From Opitutales bacterium (lineage in GTDB: Bacteria; Verrucomicrobiota; Verrucomicrobiia; Opitutales; UBA2987), in NCBI GenBank assembly GCA_965226885.1, contig CBDDEL010000012.1, positions 224,001 to 288,000 on the forward strand: a stretch of DNA of 64,000 nt, in the 5' to 3' direction. Shown one piece after another: positions 31,841 through 43,266 of the stretch (within the stretch, counting starts at the first letter, position 1; the number at the start of each line of letters is the position of its first letter). The notes below the pieces were generated by a model, which saw only the letters and a program-made list of their open reading frames with translations, made no database searches and was not told the origin of the DNA. The translations under genes and the position numbers were made by a program.

Positions 31841-31928
31841 AGAGCCGGAAGAGTAGCGAATTTCGACCGTCAATAACAGTCACAAATCCTGATAAACGCA
31901 AAGAGCACAGTTTTTCAAATTTAGCAAT

Positions 31929-32234
31929 TCAGGCAGAGCCGTATTCCCTTTCCACCCGGCAGATGCGGACGGTATATTTGTCGTACCACCGGCGCATGCC
32001 CAATTGCTGGGCTTTGAGGTGCTCTTCATTCGCTTTCCAGTCCCGCATCGATTGCAAATCCTTCCAATAGGAAATCGTTATGCCATTTCCCTCGGCTCCC
32101 TTACCCGTCTCCACACCAAGATAGCCCGGCTGTTGGGCCGCCCGGATAAACATGAGCTCGGCCATCTCCTCATAACCCCGATCATCCTGCGAAGGGATGG
32201 AGGAAAAAATGACCGCATAATAGGGAGGCTTCAT
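31929..32234 (-). CDS. Antibiotic biosynthesis monooxygenase (ABM) family protein
   Basis: PPYYAVIF, QPGYLGVE, GITISYW, H..AQ..G...WY. Confidence 0.88.
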   Translation of the reverse strand: MKPPYYAVIFSSIPSQDDRGYEEMAELMFIRAAQQPGYLGVETGKGAEGNGITISYWKDLQSMRDWKANEEHLKAQQLGMRRWYDKYTVRICRVEREYGSA

Positions 32235-32252
32235 GGCAAGAATAGAAACCAC

Positions 32253-32974
32253 TCACCAGGGAAGTTCCTGGCCGTTCCACTCGTGGAATTTTCCGGTATC
32301 CTGAAGGGTTGCCCGGTGGAAGATTTCGATCATTCCGGTGACCACATCCTGCGCTGAGTTGGGGGCTTCATTTCCGCCCATGTCCGTCCGCACCCAGCCG
32401 GGGCTTTGCAGCCGGGGCTTTGCAATAGAACAATGATATTGTCTTCCTTAAGCTGAACGGAGAGCATTTCGCCGATCATGTTGAGGGCGGCCTTGCTGGC
32501 GTTGTAACAATAGGAACCGGCATCCTTACCCATTTTTTCCCGGTAGGTTATCGAACTGAGCAAGGACGTTATAAATACCGCCAGGGGACGATCCCCTTTT
32601 TTTAGAAGCGGCAAAAAAGATCGCGTAACAAGAAGGGGCCCGGCGGCATTGATGCGATAAGATTCGGCCATGTTATCCAATGTCGTATCCTCGATCCCGG
32701 CCCAATCCCCCACCCCGGCATTGTTGATCAGGAGATCGATGGCATCAAATCGATGCGCCACCTCATCAGCCACCTGAGTAATGCATTCCTCGTTGGAAAC
32801 ATCCAGACTATGAATGCTCAATCTCTCGCCGCCATTGGATTTTAGCCCTTGCAACGACTCTGCTTGAGAGGGATTTCGGCTTGTGGCGATAACGCGATGG
32901 CCGGAATCCAGGTATTGGCGTGTAAATTCGAGGCCCAGCCCGCGGTTGGCTCCGGTTATGAGAATCGATTTCAT
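32253..32974 (-). pseudogene. CsgA-like short-chain dehydrogenase frameshifted by 14-bp tandem duplication
   Basis: TGANRGLG, NNAG, YNASKAA; CAGCCGGGGCTTTG x2 at 32395-32422; removal restores SPGWVRTDMGG...NGQELPW*. Confidence 0.92.
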
Positions 32975-34178
32975 AATTTATATTATTTAATTGGATTGGT
33001 TAGAACAGGCTCTCCAGGCATAGTTGCAAGGCGCCCTGCTTCCACCCATTTGACATGGGCCAGGTACTCCTGTCGTTGACGGGTGAATGTTTGAACAAAC
33101 CGAAAAGGCTGGACGGAAGATCGCCCGGATACCAGTGGAACCACCAGTTGAACAAATCCGTTTGGCCGCGGGCAGCTAATAAGGGCAGCAGGGCGTCGCA
33201 GACAAGCGTATCAAGCCGCGAGCCGCCAATATTATTTCCCAGTATTTTTTCGGAAAGTTGCCCTTTCAGTTGTTTCATGCGGGCGGTGCGCCGAAAATCC
33301 GCTGTTGAGGAAAGACGCCCGGTCGATGTTTTCAAATCATGGCTCCATTCCAGAAGCGCCTCCGGCCATCGAAGATTATGGTCCAAAACCCGCATGTATT
33401 GTTCGAGCCGGTTTCGCGGGTGATTGGCCGGCCGAAGCCCGATCAGCTTCCAATCGCTCCTGGCCTCTTCGAACAAGGCATTCGCGGATTTGCCTAAGGC
33501 CGCCATTTCAGCCAGAGGATCTTTTTGGGCCAGACGGAGCATGGGTAGCCGATTTCGTTTATAGCCAAGCGTTTCCAGGGCCAGGCTGTGGCAGGAGCCG
33601 GACCATCCCTTCTCGTCCAAAAGCCGAACCCGGGAATCCACTTTGCATTGCCAGCGCAGACGGGATTTGCCGATCAAATACTCCCTACGCCCGTCCACGG
33701 ATTTTTCCAACAGGGCCTCGAAACAGCTTAGTTTGTCCCGGTTTTCTAGAGCCAGAAGCGCTTCTTCGAGGGCATATTCCTCAAGGTCTTGCTGCAAATA
33801 AGGGAGCAGCACCAAAGTGTGGGGTTCTTTGCCGCTTGAGGTTATAGTTCTGGGTTCCGCGGGACCCGGCTCGAACAAAACCACGTGAAGAATAACGGAA
33901 TCAAAGTTGAGATTGGTGTCGTGACAGTGGTTTTTCCAGTCTCGTTGATGAAAATGCACCTCGACATCGCCCCGCAGGCGATGGCCATCGATTTCGATCG
34001 AACAATCCTTGAAATCGGGTCCCTCCACCTGGTTCCACCTTCCGGGATGGTGTATTTTAAGAGGTTCCTTATCCAGGGTGTTTAAGTAGCTTTGGCTGAA
34101 ATCTCCACGCAACCAGATTTGTTGAACCAGTTTCTCGGAAATTGCGACAGGACCGTAAAGACCCTGAATTTCCTCTAG

Positions 34179-35693
34179 CCCGGATATTTCATGAAGGGTA
34201 AAGTTTGGCTCGTTATTGCTATTGGAGATGGATTTCTTTGTATTTTGGGCGGATCGTCTTGATTTTGAGGTGTTTTTAGGGTGTAGAGACACTTCCCCCT
34301 TTCCCCCATTGGTTCGGTAGCGCCGGGGGCAGCGCCAATGCGCCCTTTAGGTTGGCACCAACCGGCGGGCCGCATGGTTGAAAAGACTGGCCCATGGATA
34401 ACTTTCACTTAGATGAAAGTGAATCGTTCGGGTGTTGCGCACGATTACCGCTCCGATCTTGATTAATTTTAGCCGTAGACTGTGGCATTGGAGCCGCGCC
34501 CACTTCGTCCCTTTTAATGCGAACCGGCGCAAGGCTTCCATCAAGGTGTAGGCCAGCCCCGACAAGAGCAATCGCCACTGGTTGGCCCACCATTTATGCG
34601 CGCTGGTGCGTTCGCTGAACAATTGCATCTGTTCCTTGATCCGGTTCTCCATCTCACCGCGGCCACAGTATACTTTGTCGTAAAGCTCTTGGGGATCGCC
34701 CTGCAGGTTCGTCACCACGAAGCGCGGGTTGGACCCCTGTGCGGTGTGTTCGGCTTTGTGGATGATAAGGCGTTGGCGCCGCCACGATTTTGCCCCATAC
34801 TCGAAGTGCTGAAACAGCCGTTGCTTTTTGCCGCTACCCTCGAACCATTGTTTGGCTTGCTCCTGCAACTGCCGGGCCGCTTGCTGCAAGCGTGCATGGC
34901 GGGCCGTTCCCACTATAAAATAAACCTCGTTGCGCTCGCACCACGAGAGAATCCGATCCCGGCAGAATCCGCTGTCGGCACGCCAAATAATCCGCGTATG
35001 GGGCCAGCTTTGGCGAATCCGTTTAACCAGCAATTTGAGGATGGCCCCGGCATGCTTGCTCGCATCGATCTTGCTGGGCCGCAGGTAGGCCACCAGAAGC
35101 TGATCGCCGCAAAAAACATACAGCGGCAAAAAACAGTAATGATCATAATAACCGTGGAAAAAACGTCCCTCCTGGAGCCCGTGCACCGGATTGTCGGTGG
35201 CGTCAAAGTCCAGGATGATCTCTTCGGGTTCCTCGGCAAAGGATCCGATGAACTGTTCGACCAGCAACTCGTTCAGGGCAAAGGCTGCCCGCCGATCCTG
35301 CCCGTTTTCAAAACGACACAAAGTCGGCGCGCTGGCCAACGCTTCAGTGCGCCCCGTTACCGTTTGCAACAAAGGATCGCGGCGCAGGGTGTCAAAGTCG
35401 TTCAAATCCTCATGGCGCACTTTGCCCTTCTGCCGTTTGTCTACTAATTGCCGGGCCGCTTGCTCGGTCAAGCCCAACCGCCGATCCACTTCCCGGATCA
35501 AAAGCAGCCCGGCATCCGAAGTAACCTCACCGCCCTTAAAATCAACCCGCACACGGCGGCCTTTTACCCTTGTCAACTGTAGTTCTAATTGTTTACTTTT
35601 TGTCATCGCTGATATTGCTTTAATGTTTAATCTATCCTGCTGTATATCAGCAGATAAGCATATCAGCGATACTTTTTTTATGAAATTTCCGGG
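34179..35693 (-). mobile_element. IS1380-family insertion sequence, copy 3 (1515 bp)
   Basis: Near-identical to copy 1 except 51-bp and 1-bp deletions; TSD CTAG both sides. Confidence 0.95.
34347..35606 (-). pseudogene. IS1380 transposase with 17-aa in-frame deletion
   Basis: VRHE|DLND versus VRHEMLAMIRQRVYGLVAGYEDLND in copy 1. Confidence 0.8.
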
Positions 35694-35714
35694 CTAGGGC
35701 ATTCTCTTTCACGT

Positions 35715-36191
35715 TTATGGATTCGGCCAGCGCCACTCTTTTTCTGTGATCTGGCTCCGGCGTTTCAGTTTTTCGCTTTGTCGAATCTCGCAGGAATGGA
35801 TCCAGTCGGCCAATTGGCGAAACCCAATGGTGAGAGCACCGGCCGCTCCGGTGGATTGCCTGATCATATTGTCTCCGGATGCCACTATGATTTTTTGCGG
35901 ATTTGAGGAACTGCGCACCAATTGCTCTATAACGGCATCAGCCGTCATGTTGGAGGGTGAATAAAGAAAAGAAAATGTCAACTGGCCGGAGGGCCGCTCG
36001 ATGGAAATATCCTCCCCCTTTCCATCGAAAACCAAGGTCATGCGAACACCCTCGAAGTCGTGAATAATCCGCACCAGCGAGGCCAACTGCTGGCGGGCCG
36101 CCGCGGTGCCGCTGCTGAGAGCCTCACGGGATTCGGGAAAGGCATGGACCATGTTGTAGCCGTCGATGATCAAATGCTGGCAATCCGCCAT
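35715..36191 (-). CDS. NYN-domain (YacP-like) ribonuclease
   Basis: LIIDGYN, LVFDG, TADAVIE, VASGD. Confidence 0.88.
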   Translation of the reverse strand: MADCQHLIIDGYNMVHAFPESREALSSGTAAARQQLASLVRIIHDFEGVRMTLVFDGKGEDISIERPSGQLTFSFLYSPSNMTADAVIEQLVRSSSNPQKIIVASGDNMIRQSTGAAGALTIGFRQLADWIHSCEIRQSEKLKRRSQITEKEWRWPNP

Positions 36192-36328
36192 AACCGGATA
36201 TTGCAAAGGCGGAATCTGCAGCGGGCAAGAAGATTCCATAATTCAAACGGCGCCAACCGAATGGAAAAGCATTGATTGTAAGAAATAAGGGGTTTAAACA
36301 AAAGAGACCGCCACAATTTTTAAGAAGT

Positions 36329-37325
36329 ATGAGAGCAATGGTTCTAGAAAAAGCCGGGCAGCCCCTGAAGCTGGTTGATCTGCCCGAACCAGAGCCGAAG
36401 TACGGAGAGGTGATGCTGCGCGTGCAAACCTGCGGCGTGTGCAGGACCGATCTGCATATCGTTGACGGGGATTTGAAAAATCCGGTCCTACCCTTGGTGC
36501 CAGGCCATCAGATTGTGGGATCAGATTGTGGGAATTGTGGAAAAGTTGGGCTATGGCGTGGGACGCTTCGAACTCGGGCAGCGGGTTGGCGTTCCCTGGT
36601 TGGGCAGCACTTGCGGAAATTGCCGGTTTTGCCTGGAGGATCATGAAAATCTGTGCGACTACCCTGTTTTTACCGGATACAACAAAAATGGCGGTTATGC
36701 CGAATATGTCACTGCGGATGAAGATTTTTGCTTCAATCTGCCCGAGGAGATAACCGACATCCAGGCAGCTCCCCTGCTATGCGCCGGTTTGATCGGTTTT
36801 CGCGCTTACCGTATGACCGGGCGGGCGCGGCGTCTCGGGCTTTACGGCTTTGGCGCCGCCGCCCATATCATTGCCCAAATTGCCCATTTCGACGGGCGGA
36901 AGGTATTTGCCTTTACCCGGCCGGGCGATGAGGAAGGCCTCAAGTTTGCCCGCAGGCTGGGGGTTTCCTGGGCGGGCAGCTCGCTTGAGCGGCCTCCCGA
37001 GCCATTGGGGGCGGCCATCATTTTTGCCCCCGTCGGCGATCTCGTGCCGCTTGCCCTGAGAGCAGTGTGCAAAGGCGGAGTGGTCGTTTGCGCGGGCATT
37101 CACATGAGCGACATACCCTCTTTTGCCTACCAGGACCTCTGGCAGGAACGGGTGCTCCGCTCGGTGGCCAACTTAACGCGGCGCGACGGCATTGACTTTC
37201 TCGAACTTGCCCCCAAAGTTCAAGTGCGTTCCCATATAACCGTCTATGAACTTGAGGAAGCCAACCAGGCCCTACAGGACATGCGTGAAGGGGGCTTAAA
37301 AGGAAGCGCTGTCCTAAAAATCTAA
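36329..37325 (+). pseudogene. Zinc-dependent alcohol dehydrogenase frameshifted by 13-bp tandem duplication
   Basis: CGVCRTDLH; ATCAGATTGTGGG x2 at 36507-36532; removal gives PGHQIVGIVE ... CGNCRFC ... APLLCAG ... YGFGAAA. Confidence 0.92.
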
Positions 37326-37427
37326 ATAAGACGACTCGGGCGCCGAGTTCCCGGCAAAGTGGTTTGAAAAGAAGAAACCGCTTTGGCCGCAAGTTATGGA
37401 TCGATCCGGCCCAGGGTTATTTAATTA

Positions 37428-39679
37428 ATGCCACCATTGGAAAATACAGTTAAAAAGAAAGACGCTGCCAACCTTACCACGGCGGAAAGGAGCAAGGCTC
37501 AAAAACATGCCATGCTGGGGCACTTGGTGGGGCCTTTTGCCGGCAATGTGGTGGCGGGGCAGTATATGATGCTCTTCGCCACCGATGTGCTCCAATACAA
37601 TGCGTTGACGATTGCCGCCATTGTCGCTTTTACCCCGCTGATTACCTTCTTCCGCCTTCCCATGATGGGGCCGGTTCGCCAATTCGGCCGCATACGAACT
37701 CTCAAAGTGGGCCGGGCTCTTCAGGTATTGACCATCGTTTTGCTACTCCTGACTCCGGCCAACCTGCTCACCCCACTGATCTACGCTGGCCTCATTTTTT
37801 TGTTTTTGATCTCCAGGGAACTTGGTATCGGCCTGGTGTGGCAATCGTTATTGCGGGATTACACAACAACCGAGGACCGGGGGAAATTTTTCGCCCGCAT
37901 GCGTTTTTCTTTCAACACAACCAACCTTGTATTAAATGGGATCATCATATTTCTGGTTGGAAAATCGGTCACCGAGGGCGTTTACAAGGGCATGCTCCTG
38001 ATCAGCCTGGTCGGGATGCTGAACAGTTTGTTCTGGATCAAGTTTCTACCCGATATCTCAGCACGGAAAAGGAAAACGAAGGCTGATGAAGGCGCCAAAG
38101 GCATTTCCATTCTGAACGTCTTGCGCCACTCCCCATTGATGCGGCTGCCCCTATTGGTTGCCCTGCTGACCACCGCCGCCAGCCTACCTCTGGGCGTCAT
38201 CTACTTCCGACAAATGCTCCATGTGCCAGCCAACCTGGTGGCCTTGTTCATTTTTTTCAGCACAACCGGGAGCGCTCTCTTTTTCTTTTTATGGGGCCGC
38301 CTGGCGGACACCATCGGGTTCCGCCCCATGCTCATCGGGTTGTTATTGCTGACGGCGGTTTCTCTGCCGCTCATCATTTTTGTCCCTCCATTTCCGGAAC
38401 AGGGGCTGGACTGGGGTCAATTGCAGCCGGCCACCATACTGGGCATCGGCGCCCTCCTCTTCCTGGGTTTTTCCAACGGGCTCTGACCTCGGGCATAGGC
38501 ATCGCGGTAGTCTCCATTAAACTGCACCATGTGAGCCAAAAAGACAGCTTCGAGGCCTTGAATGTGCTGGCCGTGATCTCGGCCGGGTTTCAGGCCGTGG
38601 TGGCATTCCTGGCCGGCCTTTTCCTCCAGCATATCGCTATTCCGGCCGGTTCCATGCCCATCGGAGGCGGGCTTTTTTACCTCGATTGGTATAAGGGATT
38701 CGCGGCCATGTTTTCACCAGCCCTGCTTTTCCTCACTATTCCCATAGCGCTTCGGCTGCCCAATGTGCGACCCTGGTTCGGTGTGAGTCATTTTTTCAAC
38801 GCCATTATAAACAGCCCGGCGCGCACTCTAATAGCCATCCGCAACGTTTACGATGAAACTCCCGAAAGGCGCACCAAACTGGCCCACTGGTTCGGCTTGA
38901 ATAGCAATCCGATGTCCATTGAGCCACTTCTCGCCCTATTGAACGATCCCTCTTACGAAGTCCGCACGGAGGCCACCCGAAGCCTTGCCCGCAGTGGTTC
39001 CACCCTGGCCGGAAAGGAGTTGCAAAAAGTATTGCAGGATGAAGAACGCCGGGCGCTCTGGGACCAGGCCGCCTGGGCTCTGGGGGAATTAAAATACCAG
39101 CCCGCTTGCGATTTGCTGGTCGAGCGCCTCTCCCTCGAAACGCCGAACAGGGTACGCATAATGGCGGCCCGGGCTCTGGGAAAACTGGAGGAGAGCGGAA
39201 CCATTTTCCACCTTTTAAAAGCCATGAAGGAGGAGCAATTGCGTTTGACTCTGGTCTCGGCCTGCTGCCTTTCCCTGCTTCACCTTGATGCCAAAGAACA
39301 CGCCGAAGACGTTTTTCGCGCCCTGCTGCGTTTACGCAACCGGGAGGACCGCTATGAGCTGATGAGTGAAATTTGCCCCTGGCTGGATATAACTTCCGGC
39401 TGGCTCCTACATTCCAGCAGCGCCGATTCTTCCTGGCAAAGCCTCAATCAGCAACTGGAGTGGAAATCTGCCTCCTGGCTGGAAAAACGGCAAAAAGTGA
39501 TCGGCGTATTCCAGGAGAAGGATCAAGACAAAATATTCCTGCTGATGGTGGAAGGGTTGAGAAAATTTCCATCCCACGAGGGAATGGTGGAACGCGCTCT
39601 GGCCAAGGTAGGACGCGAAACGGGAGGATGGTCCCATTTATCGGTTTTGGCCACCGCCTGGCTCCTTTTTACCGATTAG
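37428..39679 (+). pseudogene. MFS transporter with C-terminal HEAT repeats, split by 1-bp frameshift
   Basis: RGKFFA and WGRLADTIG MFS motifs; adding one G at GGG 38478-38480 joins FSNG-ALTSG; LNDPSYEVRTEA, AAWALGEL, AARALGKL HEAT-like repeats. Confidence 0.8.
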
Positions 39680-40437
39680 GAACCGAAAACCAATTCCTCG
39701 AGTTGCTCAAAATCATCCACCACCCAATTGGGTTGCAGGTTTGAATTTTGCAAATCCTGGCGGGAGGAAACACCGGTTAAAATGAGCGCTGTGGGCACCC
39801 CTGCATTGTAACCGGCCTTAACGTCGGTTTCGATGCTGTCGCCCACCAGCAGCGCATCCTCAGGAGAAATTTCCAGTTGCTGCAGGGCGATATCGATGAT
39901 GAGTCGTTCCGGTTTCCCGATAATAACCGGTTCCAGTCCTGTGGTGGCGGTCAATGCGGCCAGGATGGCGCCGTTACCCGGAACAAATCCATTTTCGGTG
40001 AAGAGAACCTTGTCGGGGTTGGTTCCGATGAATTGGCCGCCGGCTCTTATGAATTGTGTCGCCTTTGTCAGTTTTTGGTAATCTACGAAAGGATCATAAC
40101 CGACCACGACATAATCCGGCGACTCTTCAGAAGGGGTATGGCCGCCCTCAATCAGGGCCTGGCGAAGAGGCTCTTCCCCGATATAATAAAATTTGCCGGG
40201 AGATAAATGCCGGGCCGCAGCCTGGGCGGATGTAAGCACATCGCCGACTTCGCACTCAATATCCATCTCCCTCAATATCCGGCAAACCGTTTGTGGAGAG
40301 CGATTGGCTCGATTGGTCACAAAAGCGCAGTCGAGGCCCTCTTTGCGAACCCGCTTGATAAAATCGGCCGCCCCCGGAACCTCCTCGGTTCCCCGGTAAA
40401 CCGTTCCGTCCAGATCGAGAAGAATGCTCTTAAACAT
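39676..40437 (-). CDS. HAD-IIA (NagD-like) hydrolase
   Basis: DLDGTVY, VTN, TNPD, GKPE, VGDSIETD, LILTGV. Confidence 0.93.
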   Translation of the reverse strand: MFKSILLDLDGTVYRGTEEVPGAADFIKRVRKEGLDCAFVTNRANRSPQTVCRILREMDIECEVGDVLTSAQAAARHLSPGKFYYIGEEPLRQALIEGGHTPSEESPDYVVVGYDPFVDYQKLTKATQFIRAGGQFIGTNPDKVLFTENGFVPGNGAILAALTATTGLEPVIIGKPERLIIDIALQQLEISPEDALLVGDSIETDVKAGYNAGVPTALILTGVSSRQDLQNSNLQPNWVVDDFEQLEELVFGS

Positions 40438-40444
40438 CGAAAAA

Positions 40445-40495
40445 GTAGTCAGTAGTTAGAAGACAAAAGTCAAGATTCAGGAGGCAGAATCCTGA
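40445..40495. repeat. Degenerate heptamer tandem repeat
   Basis: AGTAGTC AGTAGTT AGAAGAC AAAAGTC AAGATTC AGGAGGC AGAATCC. Confidence 0.55.
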
Positions 40496-40567
40496 AAATT
40501 CTTTCCGGCATAGCGCAGTTTAAACCTAAAACCGGCACCTGTTTCTTTTAATCTGCAATCCCTATTG

Positions 40568-41293
40568 TCAATCCATGGCCAGGCCCATATCGGCGTCCTG
40601 CAGTTCATGGGCTGGACCGGATGCTTCCCGTATCCATTCGCTTAGTTGGTTAGGCGAGAGCACGTCCGAGGCCGGTAACTCCTCGACCGACCGGATGCCG
40701 CAGAGTTCGAGGAATTTGTCCGTGGTGCCATACTGCAAGGGACGCCCTGGCAGTTCCGCCCGCCCGGTGACAATTATCAGCTCATGCTCGAGCAAAGTGT
40801 TGAGGGAACTGTCAGAGGATACCCCCCGGATGGATTCTACTTCGGCCCGAGTGATAGGCTGGCGATAGGCTGCAATTGCCAAGGTCTCCATGGAGGCCGG
40901 ACTGAGTTTCAAGGGTCTCGGTTCCTCTCTGAAAAGCCTGACCCAGCCTGAGAAGTCCGGTTGGATGGCAAGGCGATATCCTTTGGGCCCCTGAACGATG
41001 CGAAAAACTTCCTTATTTTCAATCAGTTCACTGGCTATCACATCCATGGCGTCCCGAATCTGGGTTGAAGTGAGCAGGGAGGGAACCTGGTCGATGAGCG
41101 CTTTCATCAGCCCCTGGCCGTTCTCCTCGCTGAGCGACTCTTTGTTTTGCGCCGATTCCTCAACGTCGACGGCCTCTGAACGGGAGGATTTGTCATGATA
41201 GCGGGTAATGACCGCCTGCACATCCTTGATTGAGAGGGGTTCGGATGTCGAAAACAACAACGCCTTGAGGATTTTTTGCAGATTAAATTCCAT
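40568..41293 (-). CDS. scpB: SMC-Scp complex subunit ScpB
   Basis: ALLFSTSEPLS, LSPASMETLAIAAYRQPITRAEVESIRGV, PGRPLQYGTT. Confidence 0.93.
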   Translation of the reverse strand: MEFNLQKILKALLFSTSEPLSIKDVQAVITRYHDKSSRSEAVDVEESAQNKESLSEENGQGLMKALIDQVPSLLTSTQIRDAMDVIASELIENKEVFRIVQGPKGYRLAIQPDFSGWVRLFREEPRPLKLSPASMETLAIAAYRQPITRAEVESIRGVSSDSSLNTLLEHELIIVTGRAELPGRPLQYGTTDKFLELCGIRSVEELPASDVLSPNQLSEWIREASGPAHELQDADMGLAMD

Positions 41294-41518
41294 GCATGAA
41301 GTCGATTTAAAGAAAATGAAATTCGAATGAAATCGCCCTCATGGTGAAAGATCATTCGATACCGTTTCGTCGCAGTTCTTCGGCCAGGCGATGAAAAGGA
41401 TTGTCATCATGGTTTGATTGATTGAAAAAAGAGTTTCTCAAGAAATTGTCTATTTGCGGCAGTGCAGGCAAGCCCGCATTGAAACACTCTTAATTTTAAC
41501 TCGAAATCAGGAAATTTA

Positions 41519-43213
41519 GTGAATTCAGAAAAAAACGATCCCAGAACCTACTCGGCGGAATTTGTGGACGGTTACGACCGGGCTGGAAACAGGTCTATGC
41601 TCAGAGCGGTTGGCTTTAAAGACGAAGATTTTACCAAACCAATCATCGGGGTGGCCTCCACCTGGAGCATGATTACGCCCTGTAATATGCATATCGACGA
41701 ACTGGCCCGGGAAGCCGGTTCGGGAGTCGATGCGGCGGACGGCAAGTCCATTATTTTTGGAACCATCACGGTTTCCGATGGTATTGCCATGGGCACTTCC
41801 GGCATGCGCTACTCCCTCGTCTCCCGCGAGGTGATTGCCGATTCCATCGAAACGGTGACCGGGGGCGAGGGCTTCGACGGAGTGGTCGCCATCGGAGGGT
41901 GCGATAAAAACATGCCCGGCTGCCTGATGGCCCTGGCCCGCATGAACCGGCCCGGAATCTTTGTTTACGGGGGCACCATACTGCCGGGGATCCACAAGGG
42001 TAAATCTGTCGATATCGTGTCTGTCTTCGAGGCCGTCGGGCAACGCGCCAGCAACAAGATCGACGACGAGGAACTGAAACAGATCGAAACTTGCAGCGTG
42101 CCCGGAGCGGGAGCTTGCGGAGGCATGTACACGGCCAACACCATGGCCTCCGCCATCGAAGCCTTCGGGATGAGCCTGCCCGACAGCTCCGCCCGCACGG
42201 CCATCTCTAAAGACAAAAGGGAAGAGTGCGTGGAGGCCGGAAAAGCGATCGTCAATCTGGTCAATAAGGGCATTTGCCCGCGCGACATTTTGACCAGGGA
42301 AGCATTCGAAAATGCCATTACCGTCGTGATTGCTCTGGGGGGCTCGACCAATGCAGTTCTGCATCTATTAGCCATCGCCGATGCCGCTGAGGTATCGCTG
42401 AGTATAGACGATTTTACCCGCATCGGTAAAAATGTGCCCGTTTTGGCCGACCTTAAGCCAAGCGGCAAATACAACATGTCTCATCTGGTACGGGTCGGCG
42501 GTTTACGGCCGCTCATGAAAACGCTCCTGGACCATGGATTGCTGCATGGGGACTGCTTGACCGTTACCGGAAAAACGCTGCGGGAAAACCTGGAAAATGT
42601 CGGTCCCTACCCCGAGGATCAGGATGTGGTCCATCCATTCGACAAACCGTTGAAACCGGACAGCCATTTGCGCATTCTCTACGGAAACCTGGCTCCGGAG
42701 GGCGCCGTGGCGAAGATTTCCGGGAAGGAAGGACTCAGTTTTACCGGTCGCGCCCTAACTTTCGATTCGGAGGAAAATGCCCGCAAGGCCATTCTGGATG
42801 GAACCGTGCAGGCCGGCCACGTGGTCGTCATCCACTACGAAGGCCCCAAGGGAGGACCCGGCATGAGGGAAATGCTGGCCCCCACCTCCTCTATCATGGG
42901 CCGCGGGCTGGGCGGAGAGGTCGCCCTCATTACGGATGGCCGGTTTTCCGGCGGAAGCCATGGATTCGTCGTGGGGCACATCACCCCCGAAGCCGCTGTG
43001 GGCGGCCCAATCGCTATTGTCGAGGATGGCGACACCATCATCATTGATGCCGAGGCCAACGAATTGAACCTGCACATTTCAGCAGAAGAACTCAAAGAAA
43101 GACTAGCTGCCTGGAAACCCCGTCCGCCAAAATCACGGCGGGGAGTCCTTGCCAAGTACGCCAAATTGGTCAATTCAGCATCTCTGGGCGCCGTTACCGA
43201 CGCCGGGCTTTGA
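41519..43213 (+). CDS. ilvD: Dihydroxy-acid dehydratase
   Basis: [49 protein letters not shown]. Confidence 0.97.
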   Translation: MNSEKNDPRTYSAEFVDGYDRAGNRSMLRAVGFKDEDFTKPIIGVASTWSMITPCNMHIDELAREAGSGVDAADGKSIIFGTITVSDGIAMGTSGMRYSLVSREVIADSIETVTGGEGFDGVVAIGGCDKNMPGCLMALARMNRPGIFVYGGTILPGIHKGKSVDIVSVFEAVGQRASNKIDDEELKQIETCSVPGAGACGGMYTANTMASAIEAFGMSLPDSSARTAISKDKREECVEAGKAIVNLVNKGICPRDILTREAFENAITVVIALGGSTNAVLHLLAIADAAEVSLSIDDFTRIGKNVPVLADLKPSGKYNMSHLVRVGGLRPLMKTLLDHGLLHGDCLTVTGKTLRENLENVGPYPEDQDVVHPFDKPLKPDSHLRILYGNLAPEGAVAKISGKEGLSFTGRALTFDSEENARKAILDGTVQAGHVVVIHYEGPKGGPGMREMLAPTSSIMGRGLGGEVALITDGRFSGGSHGFVVGHITPEAAVGGPIAIVEDGDTIIIDAEANELNLHISAEELKERLAAWKPRPPKSRRGVLAKYAKLVNSASLGAVTDAGL

Positions 43214-43266
43214 ACAGCCGATTTTCGCGCCTGAATAATCAAGGATATTCGTTTATTTCTTCAAAG

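Larger units (their letters stand above)
33000..35712 (-). pseudogene. DUF2851-family protein interrupted at codon 6 by IS1380
   Basis: GTG AAA GAG AAT GCC CTA|GAG GAA ATT CAG rejoin across TSD; PGRWNQVEGPDF, GDVEVH, VILHVV, RPANHP. Confidence 0.85.

Noticed and set aside
33000..34292. 430-aa ORF as a native gene
   Set aside because: Its first 38 codons are IS1380 sequence; the native start is at 35712.
40568..41293. scpB without adjacent scpA as a novel system
   Set aside because: scpA may simply lie elsewhere; nothing else here suggests a Wadjet/Mks-type cluster.
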